From Vicugna vicugna (Eukaryota), in the NCBI GenBank assembly GCA_013265495.1, contig MU061804.1:868001-932000 (forward strand): DNA of 64,000 nt, in the 5' to 3' direction. A program made the position numbers and the translations under genes. Numbering within the stretch: the first letter of the stretch is position 1; the number at the start of each line of letters is the position of its first letter. Positions 38,301 to 51,483 of the stretch are shown in pieces. The notes below the pieces were generated by a model. It had not been told where the DNA came from. It worked only from the letters and a program-made list of their open reading frames with translations, and did not search any database.

Positions 38301-41300
38301 GAGCTCTGGGCAGCCAGACCGGGAGCGGACGCCAGCTCCTCGGCAGCACTGGAAGTCCTCGGCTGACGTCGGGGTGCCAGCCCCTTTCTCTCTCGCCACC
38401 CAGATTCCGTCCCCACATCCCGCTCTCTGCTGCCCACTCTCCCTGCTGGGCCCCGGCCGTGTGGCCTCCATGCCCGAGATCCCGTCGCCACTTGTTGTGG
38501 CCTGGGTCCTGCTCCCTGCTTCCTGCCGACGGTCCTGTCTTGACTCGTAAACTCGTCTGGATCCTGGAGCCACTGCTGGGCCCACATCCCCTGCTCTGGG
38601 GCCCGCACAGGCCCCGTGGGAGGCCCCGCCTGCGGCCCTCAGCGGACACCAGCCTCTCCCCCGCACCTCAGGTCGCTGTCTCCTTGTCAAGGGCAGCCCT
38701 GCCCAAAGAAACTGTCTGGTGGGCTGGACGGTCACAAAGAGTCAGGAAATCAAGATGCGGCTGCAAACCAGAGGAGACAGCAGCCTGCCCTCTGCTTCTA
38801 GAAGATTCCTACAGCGGGACCTGCCCAGACTCCCGCTCTCCAGGCACCGTCAGTGGGGACAGTCCCCAGGTTCCCAAATTGGAACAGTGAACGGGGCGTG
38901 GGCTTCTGAAGCGGGTCCGGGGAGAGGACGGTGGCGGCCCAGTGCCGCTTTGCTGGGCCTCCGTCTCCCTCCCTCCCTTTCTCCCTCTCGCACCCCGAGC
39001 TTTGGGCCCAGAAGGGAAGCCCCCTGAGCCTGAATCCTCGCACCAGCCCGGCGGGGGGCCAGACACGTGCGTCTACCAAGCGTTCCCAAGGGCTCTCGGG
39101 ACAAAGCACACAGTCCCACGATGGGTCGGAGCCGCCCTGACTGCCTCAGCCTCAGACCTGCAAACGCCGCCAGTGGGTTCTCAGGCCCAGCAGACTCGTC
39201 GGTGTCTGAGTTCACTCCATGTAGCCCCAGTGTCATCCTGCAAGGTTTCTGCTGTGCTCAGGTGGCCGCCAAGACCACATCTTCCCAGATGACCCCAGGA
39301 AACACCAAGCCCCACGTGGAGCCTCCGCTGGAAAGACCGAGAGCCAGTTTCAGGGCTGGTCCAGATGGGATGCCGAGCAGGGAGCCCCGCGGACACCCGC
39401 CAGCCTGCCCGGAGGGGGCTTGCAGTCGCGCTCAGGGCCTAGGACGCCCACGTCGCAGGGCACAGCCCCCAGCCCCGGGGAGGGAGCCCCTCTTGTGGTC
39501 TCGGACACCAGACCCTCTCCCCGCCCCCCGGGCCCCTTTGTTAACGTATCTGGGGTGGACACAGCGGCAAACATTTCACACGCAGGAAAGAACGGGCACT
39601 CAGAGTCCCGGGAACGCGGTTCAAATCCCCACTCCCCCAGGCCGTGGCCCCGCTGTGTGGCCCTGGCTGGGTCACCCTGCCTCTAACCTGCTTCCTCGTC
39701 CGCAAACGAGAGCTGCACACCCCAGAGTCGCAGAGTGCCCGTAAAGACAAGAACTCCTGGCACAGGACGCCTGCTCCGGAATTAAAACCGCGGTGACCGT
39801 TATCAGTCTGATCAAAGGAGGAGGTGGGTCAGAACGTCTGGACTGCAACGCGTCCCGGAAACCAGAGCCCTGGCCACACGGCCCGGTTAAATACGCAAAC
39901 GTGGGCACGGGCTTAGCACGTGGAAGCCTCGCGCGGGGCCGGGAGACAAGCTCCGATGCTGCCTTGCCCATCGGTGGGTCGGTGTCGCCGTGCAGGTCTT
40001 TTCAACGCGGTATTTGAGTACAAGGGCAGAGTCGACGCTTCCAAAGAGACTGTCAGGCGGGCGGGGCTGCCTGTCACGAGATTTACCGGGGGTTTCTGGG
40101 GCTGTGTGGACGACGGGTTTGCTGCGACGTGACATATTTGGGCTGTTTCCCGTCTCTATCTCCACTCCAAAGTCCCTGCAGAGACTGCGATTTCTTTATG
40201 ACTTTATGGTGCTAATTCCTTCAGAAAGTTTCAAAAGGCCTGACAGGTTTCATACGAGCACATATGTGTGTGTGACTGTAATAGTAAATAAAAAGCCCCA
40301 GAAGTCGCACAAACCTCTGCCCCGCCCGGCGCCACCCAGCTGTCCCAGACGTGCTTTTACTCGTCTTCCGGGGGCCCCGCACGGTGACAGCGGGAATCGG
40401 GGGGTCGGGGACTGAGGCCACGGAAACCCGGGTGTTAGGGCGAGTCTCACGGAACGGCTCTCCTGGGACAGAGCCTGCCGCCTGTTTGATCGCCCACAGA
40501 CGGCCCCAGAATGGCCTGGGAAGGGAGAGGGCCCGCGCGCTTTGTAAGTCACGCCCCCCTCCCCCTGCCGGCGGGCTTGGTTTCGGAACCCCTCTCCCGG
40601 GAGAGGCGCGCCCTCCCCTCCTCCCGCTCCTGCCGGGCCCCTCAGCGCGTCCGGGCCCCCCCTCGGCCTCAGCCTCCGGCCTCCTCTCGACAGCCGGTCG
40701 GTGGAAGGAAGCTAACACGGCGCGGAGGGCGGCCACCAGGAAGTGCTGACGGTACGCAGCGTTGGTGGGTCCCCGACACTAGCCAAGCCGAGCGTCTGCT
40801 CTGCCCGTATTTGGTCGCCTGAGGAAGCTGTCGACGACGCACGTGTCGTGTGAACGTCAGGGGGACACGGCTGTCTGGGAGGGGCCGGGCTGGACGGCGC
40901 CCCGACTCCGACTGCCATTTCCTCCCAGGTCCGCCCGATCTCTTGAAACTCAGCCAAACGGCTCAGTTCCTTTGGAGCTTCTGAAACCCAAACAGAGGCA
41001 CCTCAGTGCCTCGGGGTCGCCTCCCCATCTCCGGGAGCCTAGTTCGCTTCCACAGATGCCGTCGTGGTCCTGAGCTGTGCAGGCCTGCAGTGGGAGGGCA
41101 TGGAGCACACAGGACTCCAGGGAAGTGAGCATGCTCCGACCCAGGGGGCACGTCGGCCCGCGCGCTCCGCCCAGGTCTGGGTGGACTCGGCTGCCCTCTC
41201 CCACGTCCCCGACGCCGGCCCCACGGGGGTCACATTAGTCCCTAGACCTTAACCTTGAATGACTCAGCAGAGCCTCAGGAGAGTCACCCAAAAGCCCGAG

Positions 41301-44300
41301 AAGGAGGGAAGACTGACAAGGCTGACGTGATGGGAGGCACGTGCCCTCCCCACCAGCAGGCAGGCAGACGCAGGGTCGAGAGCATCTCTTCCAGCTTCAC
41401 GGGAAATAGGATTATTAAACCCATCAGCGAGCAGAACCAGGGACTGGCTTTCCAGACGGTTGGTTCTGCTGCTGTCTGGACCCTGCCCTTCCTCCAGGGC
41501 AACGGCCTCTGACCCCCGCCCTCCTGCATCCTCCGCCAGGGCAAGGAGCTGGTCACCGTTGTCATCCTTCCCTGTGACGCCCTGACTCCCCGCCGACCTG
41601 CCTGCCCCCTGCCTCGCACGCTGCTCTGCGAGCGTTTTATTACGGGTGATTGCGAGGAGGTGACTCTGCCGGTTCCGACGACGAGAAAGGGGGGAGGTTC
41701 TCGGCGCCCCCCCCACGACCTTGGGGCGATTCCCTCATCCTGCCGAGTCAGACCTACCTACACCCCCGAGGGCAGGGACCCCAAGCCACTGTGTCGGGTC
41801 CACACGCGCCCACGATGCCCCGCGGCGGAGCCTCAGGTGGTCACGATGTGTCTCTCCCGCTGCCCCAGCCCGCGGAGGCATTCGGAGGCCCTCGTAAGAG
41901 CAACAGTACTTTCTGTCTGAAAAGTACTGCACAGTTTTCAGGGAGCTTTCAGAAACAGTCTCTCTGATGAGCTGACTCCCCTCCCGGAAAGCCCAGCGTT
42001 CAGTTCAGTGTGACTCGCGCCAAGTCACCGGTGGAGGCGAGGCTGGGGAGACCGCCAGCCCCAGCCTGCACCGCCTCCTCCAGGCAGCGCAGCCTCCCAG
42101 ACTCTGCAATGCCAGGGGGGCCTTCGGGCGAATTCGGATGGGAAACACCATCGCAGGGAAACCCACGCATGCCCCACGTTTACGGTCGTGGACCCTCACC
42201 CAGCGCTCCCCATGACGTCCCCGTGGCCCGGTGGCCCGGCCCACCGCCTGGCACGTGGCGGCGTCCACAGACGGTCATCGAACGAGTGGAGGATAAAAAA
42301 GTGAGTGAAGCAAACTGACAAGTGCAGGACGAGGTGTGCCGTGACCACGAGACGTCCAACCTCAGGAATCCACTGGTTTCCGAAAAGCTGACCTGACTTA
42401 CAGAATCGCACGTGTTTGAGATAAAACAGCTTTAACATAAGCAAAGGGCCACCAGAGTAAACAGAGAGTTTTATGATTTTGCTCCAAGAGGCCAAGACCA
42501 AGATTCCTACTCTGGAGAAAAGGAAGAGAAAACATTCAGGCAGAAAACCCTCTTGAGTCCAGAAGGATAAAAATGACCATAAAAATTGTTTTTACAAAAA
42601 TAAACAAGCTCTACTAAAAACGGCTGGAGACGCGGGGAGCGAAAACGACTCCGGCAATCAGAGAGTTTCAGCTCGCCCTGCGAGGTGAGGCAGCACGTCG
42701 GCCCGGCAGAGGGACGCGCTTCTGAGCGCAGAGACTGGCTGCGGGCACAGTCTCTCCAGAGCAGCGCTGCCCTCCTGGCCCAACGTGGCAGAGAGGCGAC
42801 CAGTCTGCCTCCGGGACCCTGTCCTTGCTCCTGGCGGCAGGTGCGCCTGCCCTCGAGCAGTCGCAACCCACCCCTTCCCCTCCCTCCTTGAACCCGGCAA
42901 GTCTCAAGTTTCACGACCCGGGGCCCTTCACCTGGAGCGAGAGTTCCACCACCTACCCTGGGACGTCTTCTCGTCACAGTCTAAGGGACAGGATGACAGC
43001 CTCCCTCCCCCAACAACGGGATTCCGCGTCGCGGTTCTCTCGGTAGGCCACGTGAAACACTCATTTAAAACGAACGCAGTCACGCCAACGTAAGTGTGAG
43101 TAATTTAGAGGCCAGTCACAGTTGAGTAATTACTTTTTAACTGGGCGCTGGTGCCTCTGCCCCTGAGAAGGACGCCCCGTGAGGGCGTCCGCGGTGAGCA
43201 CTGCGGCCCACACACAGCAGGTGTCAGTGGGGATTTGCTGACAAACGCGCGCAGGTCGGTCGCTCCAAGGTCGTTCCTGGGCTGAACCCTGAGGACTCAC
43301 GTCTCTGTGTCAGAATTGCACCTTTTGCAGGAACCATGTCTCCTGTTTCCTCACCCAGACTCTCTCGACTGTCGGCCTCACCTGAGAGCCACTTCTCGGA
43401 GGAAAACCTCGTTTACTCTCCCAGCTCACACGATTCACCTGCTGCCTTCCGGGCTCCACCAACCACGTGGGGATCTCGGAGCCCTGCGTTCAGCCCCTGC
43501 CCTGCCCGTGTCTCAGCCCCGTTTCCTCCGCGCCGGTGGAGGGGCGCGTTTGCCCCGTACGCCCGCCCCGTGCTGGCCACAGGCGACTGCGGGGCTCCGC
43601 TCAGCTGCGTGCGGGCGGGCAGCGAACCGGCCCCCAAGGGTCAAACGCAGTGGTTACAAATTTGTAGTCAAACGTCCTCAAGCAGCTTCAAAACTGAAGA
43701 CACAGCCGTCTGCGTAGACGGCACGTCCTGCTGGGCGCTGGGTGGGGTGGGCGAGAAGTCAGGGAGCTTCAGGACAAGCATCACCCCCCCACCGCCCGCA
43801 AGAGCCAGGAACTCCCACGTCACGAGGCCCCTCGACAGAGTCCCTCAACCTGAAAGGGAGCACGGGGGACACAGGCCTTTTCCGGATCCTCCTCCTCGTC
43901 CGTCGAGCCCTGAAACTAGCTTGTGCGCTGAACACGCCCGCGGGTCCTCCCACTGGAAAGCGGGCTCCGGTGCCGTCAGCCCGGAGAGGCCGCTGCGGAG
44001 GGACGGACACTCAGGCCCCGCATGGGATGGCAGGCGGTTCCCTCAGGAACCTGCGTGTGGACAAGCTGCCAGGTGACGGTGGGGGGCTGCGGCTCCGAGA
44101 CCACGCGTGCAGAGCGGTCAGGACTGCGGCCCCGAGGAGCCTGGCCTCCGTGACCCCCAGGCGTCCTCACGGGACCCCGAGAAGTGATGCTGTGACCGCA
44201 CCTGCCAGGCTTTCCTCTCCGACGGGATCTGCCCAGGCCCAGCAAGTGCCACTCCTGGGACGGTGAGTGGGAGCGGTGACCGTCACCCCCTCTGTTCACC

Positions 44301-45556
44301 TTCCGGCACTCTCTGGGACACGTCCTGCTCCCCGGGCTGATCAGCGGGGACTGCCCCCCACCCCATTCAGAGCAGACCCCGACTCCCCGCGGCCTGTGCC
44401 TGGGTCCCTCCTCCCAGCCTCCTCGCCTGCAGCTCCAGACCTGGCGGCCTCCGCGTGGCCCGTGGAGGTGGGACGTGGGGGGCCAGCTGCTGCTCACTGT
44501 CCCGGGGGGTGGGGAGAGGGGCTAGCCCGCCCGGCACACGCGTCCTCTGAGCCGTGTCCACGCGCAGCCCTCTGCCGGCACCCGCAGCTCTGCGGTCTGT
44601 GCACCTGGGCCCGCGAGGGCCTGACCCAGCGGGAGTCCAGCTGGTGGAAGGCTGTGCAGAGCCGCAACGCCCGACAGCCGCCCTCCTTGTCCAGGCCACA
44701 CCATGTTTCCACGGACTCAGAGACTCAGGCCGCCCAGAGCGCAGACAGACAAGCTCGTGTTTCCAACAGTCCCGTGTGTTTGAGGCGGGCCAGGCAGGTG
44801 GCAGGACCGCACCTGCCCCACCCCCGTGCTGGGAGGGGGACCGAGAGGAGGACCGGGCCAGCTGCCCCAGGGCCCCCACACGAGGGGGCGGGCCGGGCCC
44901 CACGGGAAGTAAGTTGGCCCGACGCCCCACCCGCCTCTGCAGCCACACGGCTCCCATCCGGCCTGGAAAGGTCAAGAACTAAATCTGGATTTCAGCCTGC
45001 GCTCTCATCCCCAAGTTATCTTGAGAGGAGGCCGAGGGAAAGTTCACAGGGGAACATGCCAGGAGGGGTCAGCGCATGCGTCTGCTCCAGTGACGACAGC
45101 AGTGACCGTCGCCGTGAGAACTGGGCTCCATTCGCAGCCGCTGGCCTCCCCGCAGCGCCCTCTCCTCTGGGCCCGACGCTGCCGACGGGGTTACCACCCC
45201 TGCTTCACAGCCCAGGAGCCTCGAGTCTAGGAGGCGGGGTGACAAGGCCAGTCCTGATGGAGCTGGAACCCGGGACAATGAGCCCAGCCCAGGGATGTCG
45301 CCGCTGTCAGAATCCCCCGTGCTTTGAGCATCACGGCCCCGCGCACCTGCCCCCGCGCACCCGCCCCAGCGCCTTCCAGGCGGCACCAGTGTCTCACACA
45401 CACAACGGCCCCCGCAGTCACTGGCGGAGAGACCGACGTGGTTGCCCCCCACACACAGGGCGAGGCCCAGTGACTGAAGCAAATGCCCCCCTTGCAGGCC
45501 CTGGGGGGCCACGGGGCACTAAGGCAGGGACTGGGAGGCACACCTGGGCTGTGCGG

Positions 45557-45615
45557 CCTGGTCAAGCTAATTCACTTCTCTGTGCCTCACTCTCCTCCCC
45601 CTGAAATGAAAGGCC
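45557..45615 (+). mobile_element. MIR fragment
   Basis: ggtcaagctaattcacttctctgtgcctcactctcctcccctgaaatgaaagg. Confidence 0.6.
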
Positions 45616-47154
45616 TCCAACGGTCCAGGGGTCTCCCGGTGAGTCAGCACGGCCTTGCTCTCAGGACGCTGCCGCCGCAGGGCGAATGGCGAGCGTGGAC
45701 GTTACTGTTACAGCTAGTCAGACGGCTGATCTGACAGCTTCAATCACACAGAAACCGGTGAGAACAAAGGGAGAGGAGGGGAAGAAAGGCTTTGGAGAAG
45801 CCAAAATCAGCATCCCCAAATCCACCTTTAGGGCCGGTGCACTTCACTGCTAAGGGAGACCCACTGCTCCCACTCGGCACACGACCGGCTGCAAGGGTCT
45901 GCGGCCCGGCTCCAGGCCCACAGGCGCGGGCAGCGTGCCCCACGGGCAGGCCGGGGCCGGGGCCGGCTGACGCCCGCAGCGGCGGGCCCTGAGCATCACA
46001 CGGGCCCTCCCGGACCCCAGCTCCGGGACCACACGTCCTCCGCTCCCCTCCCCACAAAGGCGTCACAGCCTCACAGCAGGTCTGACACTTGAGATGCCCG
46101 AGGACAGTGCAGTCCCGGAAAAAGGATGAAATATGCCCCCAATTTTCTTGTAAGGATCCAAGGATTCGAATTTTATATTCTAGAAAGACTTTCCGCAAAT
46201 ATACTTAGGTTAAAAGGAGCTGGTACATGAAAGGGGTTCCATTACCTGCAGCGTGAAAGTATATATGGAACATTTCGCCCAAAATGAACACAAATGGATA
46301 AAAATGGAGCAAGAGGTGTCACCTACTCAGACTTCAAAGCCGCGTCCCTCTCACCCTGTCCTCGGGCAAGTGCAGAGCAGGCCAGGCCTCCTCCTCTGAA
46401 ACCTCGAGGGAGGGGCGCCCTGCACTCAGAGCTGCGCCCGCGGGTGACGCGGCCTCCGTGCGGGACCCTCCGTCCACCGGAGAGCCCGGCCCCTGCCGCA
46501 CTGGCCTCCCCACACCCCGTCCTCTCTCCTGAGGGCAGCGGGCCTGGGGGCGGGTGGTTCTAAACCTCGCGCTGTCTGTGAGGGTGGCGGTGGGAGGGTC
46601 ACAGCCCCCACGCAGCCCAGGGAGCCCTGGACACCTCCGCACCCGGCGGCAGCTGTCCCGTGACGTGGAGGACACACGCCTGCACCCACAGCACAGCGTC
46701 GTCTGCGTTTCGAGGGCAGAGCGTCTCCCTTCTCCGAGCGGCACTGTCCTCACCCGGGAAGCGGGAGGGCCAGAGGACGTCTCGCGGGGTTACTGAGACG
46801 CTTCAGGCCCTTGGGCAGCGTCCGCACCCGGAGCCAGCACGTGAGCCCACGGTCACCGAGTTAGAGCTCCAAGTCCTGCAGCGCGTGACCCGTGTGCCTT
46901 TGGCGGCCTCGGCTGTGCCCAGTTTACCTGCCAGAGAACCAGGCTGATCCTTTAAAATGCCAGCGACTGCCGTTAGGGTGTTTAACCCCGGAGACCTCTC
47001 CGCACCGCGCCTCCTGGGCCCTGAAGCTTCCGGAGAACAGGGCGAAGCCTCACCCTCACACAGCCCCGCGTCCGTGCGGCGCTCGGCCCTCAGCCAGCAG
47101 TCACTGCGCTCCTGCGGCCTCAAGGGGCGCCGTCTGGCGGGGCGCGTCCTTCCC

Positions 47155-47300
47155 CATCCACTCGCTCAACAAGCGTTTATCGAGGGCCTGACGAGCACCA
47201 GTCCCCGCAGGAGGCACCGGGGCCGAGCAGCCGTCCAGAGGGATACATCCTCTGCCCTCAAGTAAACAAGTAAACAGATATGGTGACTCACTGTCGTGGA
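47155..47300 (-). mobile_element. L2 3' end fragment
   Basis: catccactcgctcaacaagcgtttatcgagggcctgacg...cctctgccctcaagtaaacaagtaaac resembles cattcattcattcaacaaatatttattgagcacctact. Confidence 0.6.
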
Positions 47301-48234
47301 GATTAGAGGCCGTGCTTGCCAAGCGCTGGCGCCTGGTGGCCGCGCCGCAGAGGGACTCACTGTGACTGAGCAGGCGTCACGGCCCCACAGCCAGCAGACA
47401 CACAACAGAAAGGTTCAGACAGTGACGGGGGCCACGCAGCCCAGGCCTCTCCTCCCCGGTCAGCGCCTGCAGCCCCGGCCCTAGAACGGCTTTCAGGTCA
47501 CACCCTCGCCCAGGTCCCAGCCGGACCCTGGGAGGGGGGGAGGGGGGGAGGGGGGCCCGCCCTCCACTCTCCACCCTCCACCGAAATCCCTTCCCCCGGC
47601 CCTACGTCAGGCTGATTCTCCCCTCAGGAGGCAGACTGAGCCCCGCGCCTCCCGCCCCGCAGCCCATGCACGGCGCGGACCGGATTCCCTGGGACGCAGG
47701 AGCCACGTGGCTCCTCACCACGGTCAGTGTCTTGTGCGGGCCCAGGTCTGTGCAAAGTGTGCGTGTCTGGTGCATTAGGACAATGCCTGCCTGAGATCAG
47801 TTCTCCGACTCATCTCAGAGCTCGAGGGGCCCTCAGCCGTGGGGTGTCCCCTGCCGGGTGTGGCCTGGCTCCCGAGCTGTGACTAGGAGGGGCACAGGGT
47901 TGTCCCAGGCACAGTCACTGCGGGGCGGGGGCAGCCCCAAAGCCACCAGGCCCCTCTGCTCCCCACCCCGTGCGGCGGGACCAGGAAGGTGACGCGGGGC
48001 TGACACGCCCATGTCCCAGGGTGGGGGCAGCTGCCAGAAGCAGGCCTTCTGGGTTTCCTCCCCAACAAAGCTCTCCTGCGGGAACACTGGTGCGGCTCAC
48101 CTCCGGGACCAGACAGAGGCGGCCCCCAGCCTCTGCTGAGAGCTCTCCAGGCAGCACACGCTGGACCGTGCGGACACTGCCCGGAGGGTCCACGGCCCCA
48201 ACTCACCTCAACCCCAAGGCCAGCCGAGGTGGCC

Positions 48235-48285
48235 ACTGTCACCCCCATTTCACAGCATAAATGGGAAACTGTGCACCCCGGCGTT
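48235..48285 (-). mobile_element. MIR fragment
   Basis: cccccatttcacagcataaatgggaaactgtgcacc. Confidence 0.5.
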
Positions 48286-49318
48286 CTTCCCAGCACTCAG
48301 CGCCCTCTCCCCTGACCCCAGCCCCACAGTAACCCCCCTCCCTCCACCTCTGGGGACAGCCTGGCCCTGGCTCCAGAAAGTACACAGCCCTGTTCTCCAC
48401 ACAAGGTCAGATGCCAAATAGATTCTCTTAACAGTTCAGCCCAAGCCAAGTCTGCGTGGGCCTCTGGGTTTGCAGAGCTGGGCGTTTTCCACGCACAGTG
48501 AGTCTGCTCCGTGGAAACGGAGCGGTTTACCTGCAGGGGAGCGGCTGCTGGGGCGGGGGTGGGTGTCAGAGCGCTATTATACAGGACACTCTGGGTGGCA
48601 GGTGGCAGGTGGCACTGCCCGTAACCGGACCGTGACGGATGCGGAGAGAAACGTCGCGTCAAGGGGCCAGTTCACATTTCAGTCTGCTCCGCCGGCACCA
48701 GGAAAGGAAACAAAGATGACAAATTGGGGTGCAACCGTGGATGTTAGACGGAGCACCAAACACACAGGCTTTGACTGAAATGATGAGGAAAAGGCCTCTA
48801 ACGGTTCCAGCCTGGGACATGTTCCACCACCTGGGAAGAGCAGACGGGGACGGGGGAGGAAAGTGAACAGGCGAGTCAGGCGGGGGGCAGGGCTGCGGCT
48901 CGGAGGGGCTGCTCCCGCCAGCGTGCCAGCGCCTTTGCTGAACAAACAGGTCGTCCTTGGACCCCACGAGGGGCCCTGTCGGCAGTCGACGCGGCCCCCC
49001 TTTCCATCTGGATCCTAAAGAGAGCCGTGGGGAGAGGGCGCGCTGGCGGGGACCCACTCCCAGGACCTCGGAGGTGCTGGTCGCTTTTCTCAGAGACCAT
49101 CCAGTGAGCCCTGGCATCGCGGGGGGGTGGTGGCATGAACACACCGACTCCCGGGCCCACCCGCACGCACAGACCGGGATGTGCGGGGCCTGGGGCTCTG
49201 CGCTCTGACTCCCAGCTGACCCTCACGCACCCACCGCGGCTGCGGAACCACCACTGAAGGTGCAGCAGCGCCTACTTCGCAGAGCAGGGCTCCAGAGACG
49301 CCCTTTCTCTTCTTCTTC

Positions 49319-49540
49319 TTTTTTTTTTTTTTTAATTGAAGGACAGTCAGTTACAATGTGTCGGTTTCCGGTGCACAGCGCAACGTCCCAGCCGTGGGTC
49401 TACATACATACATTCGTCTTCATGTTCTTTTCCTTTAAAGGCTACAAGACACTGAGTAGAGCTCCCTGTGCTGTGCAGAAGAAACCCGCCTTTCATCTGT
49501 TTTTGTATACAGCGGTTAACCTTTGCAAATCTCAAACACG
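49319..49540 (-). mobile_element. 5'-truncated L1 3' end with poly-A tail, resembling a camelid-lineage L1
   Basis: Poly-T followed by aattgaaggacagtcagttacaatgtgtc...ccctgtgctgtgcagaagaaac...tttgcaaatctcaaac. It resembles recalled cetartiodactyl/camelid L1 3' UTR consensus; no database alignment was run. Confidence 0.75.
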
Positions 49541-51440
49541 GCCCCTTCTTATTCAAACAAAAGCTACGCAAGCCGCGGGGGCGGGGGGGGCGGGTTCTCA
49601 AGCTTCATTGCAGGGGCTCGTAAATGACCTGGGGACCACGTTCACGTGACGAGGCGAGTTTCAGTCAAGGCTCAGTAAACAGCCATCTGCACCTCCCGTT
49701 TCAGGGCCCTCAAGGCTGCAGACGTGGTCAGTGTCCCCTCCTCCCACGCTGAGCCCACGCTCAGCTCTCCTCACTGTCCAGCCTTGAGCTGCCAGAGAGA
49801 CAGGTGTGAACCACCAGCCAGTGCCTCCTTTACGCTTAAACTCTGTTCTCTTAGCTTCTAGGACGCGGCTCTCCCCGATTTTCCCCTGACTGTCAGGCCA
49901 AGCGTCCCTGGGGCCGGGCGCGCCCCTCCCCTCACCTGCCCCGCCTCTCCCGCTGCACCTGCCGCAGGTGCTCGGCGCCAGGCCCGGGGCTCTTTCCACC
50001 CCCCAACCCCGTCTCTCCCCAGCACAGCTGTCTCCGAGCTCCTGCCCCGCACCTGCCCCGTAGGACAAATCCACCTGCATTTGTAGGAGCTCCTCACTTA
50101 ACCCCAAACTGCCCCCCTCGTCCCCTCGCCCTTAAATGTGACCTTTCTCCCCAAGTCTTTCTCCTGGCTGACGGCACCTACTGACCCACACTGCCCCCAC
50201 AGGAGGAATTTTAGAAACTCAGCCCTGGAACTCCAAACTTGAACCAGAGCTTCCAAAACACTGGCGTCTGTGCGTTCGAGCTCTCCAGGCATTTACAACA
50301 GCCAAGAAGGGTCGGGAGTCACTGCCCTGCCCAGCGGCCGCGCTGGTACAGAGGATACCGGCCCAGCATGGAGCTGGGGACAGAAGTCTAGGAACAGTCT
50401 ACACAGAAAGGGAATGAGAAATCGTGGAAGTGGCCGGGCTCACCAAGGGAGAGGACGGAAAACCAGAAGGAGACGGGCAGGACAGAGCCCAGTCACAGAC
50501 CCGCAGACGCAGGAAGGGGAGTCAGAGAGACGGGGCAGACCGGGAGCCGACTGTGCCCCAACCAAGGCGTGGGGGTCTTCCAAGGGGCACCGGACAACAG
50601 CTGTGCGGGGGGGGTCCTGACCACACTGCCGGCGCCCCTGCTCTCCCGCCCCATCAGCCAGCGTGGCTTCTGCTTGGCTGTTCGTTTCAGGGCTTTTCCT
50701 AGAGACCGTGGCCTTCCAGTCGGGGCCCTCACTGCCCCAGGGAAGGCACGGCCCAGTGGGTGCAGAAGATGAAGTCTGACGGTGGCTTCTGAGGTCCAGG
50801 GCAAAGGTCAGGTCACAGACGAGTCTGGAAGACCCCAGAGGAGTTTGCTGGGTGGCCGCGACGCAACAAAGATCCTAAGACGGACTCGGGAGCACCAGTG
50901 AGAAGCAAACATGCGTGAGACCCTGGGTGCGTCCTGGAATCCGCAGCCCGTCCCGCCCCCGCGGCCCCAGAGACGACCCAGAGAGCCTGACTGGGGAACA
51001 GGAGACCACGCCGTCTGCACGCGCAGAGTCCAAGGCCTCCCGGGGGGTCCAGCGGGCGTGGAGCATGCCAAGGGGTGTCTGCCCCCCGGGCCAGTGACGC
51101 GGTGGCCCCGGGGAGACCCCAGAAGGAGCCACAAGCCCAGGGGACGGGCCGAGGCTGACACCACCGGGCCCAGCGGGGCCTCAGGTCAGATGCTATGTTC
51201 TGTTGGAGAAAGAAAAACAAGTCAGGTTTCTCCTCCTCCCGAGTTTGCCAGCTGAGACCCGTGTCTGCTGCACCCCGCGGACGGGGGCCGGGGCTCCGAG
51301 GGGGGAGCAGAGAGGAGCCGGCCGAGGAGGCGAAGGCAGACCCCGCCTCAGAAATGTCAGACTCAAAGCACGACCCTGTGTGTGTGCACACATCCCCGAA
51401 AGGCAGTTCAGGGACGGAGCCAGCGGAGCTGGGAAGTGTC

Positions 51441-51483
51441 TGTGTGTGTGTGTGCGTGCGCGTGTGTATGCGCGTGTGTGTAT
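51441..51483 (+). repeat. Alternating purine-pyrimidine (TG/CG) tract, 43 nt
   Basis: tgtgtgtgtgtgtgcgtgcgcgtgtgtatgcgcgtgtgtgtat with no break in alternation. Confidence 0.9.

Noticed and set aside
42388-42412. ctgacctgacttacagaatcgcac, loosely resembling my recollection of the human CACNA1C 30-mer repeat unit
   Set aside because: Partial match only, apparently the wrong orientation relative to the gene, and ~11 kb from exon 3 whereas the human array is much deeper in intron 3; likely chance.
44267-45604. 445-aa plus-strand ORF
   Set aside because: Same compositional artefact; no domain or codon pattern suggesting a real gene.
47960-48100. Possible MER5A-like relic (a similar one near 50190-50290)
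   Set aside because: Similarity too degraded to call by eye.
48591-48616. gggtggcaggtggcaggtggcactgcc, CTCF-like
   Set aside because: Lacks the conserved 5' CC of the core motif; too weak to call without a PWM scan.
49432-49441. Perfect CArG box CCTTTAAAGG
   Set aside because: Lies inside a lineage-specific L1 tail and is most simply a mutational by-product.
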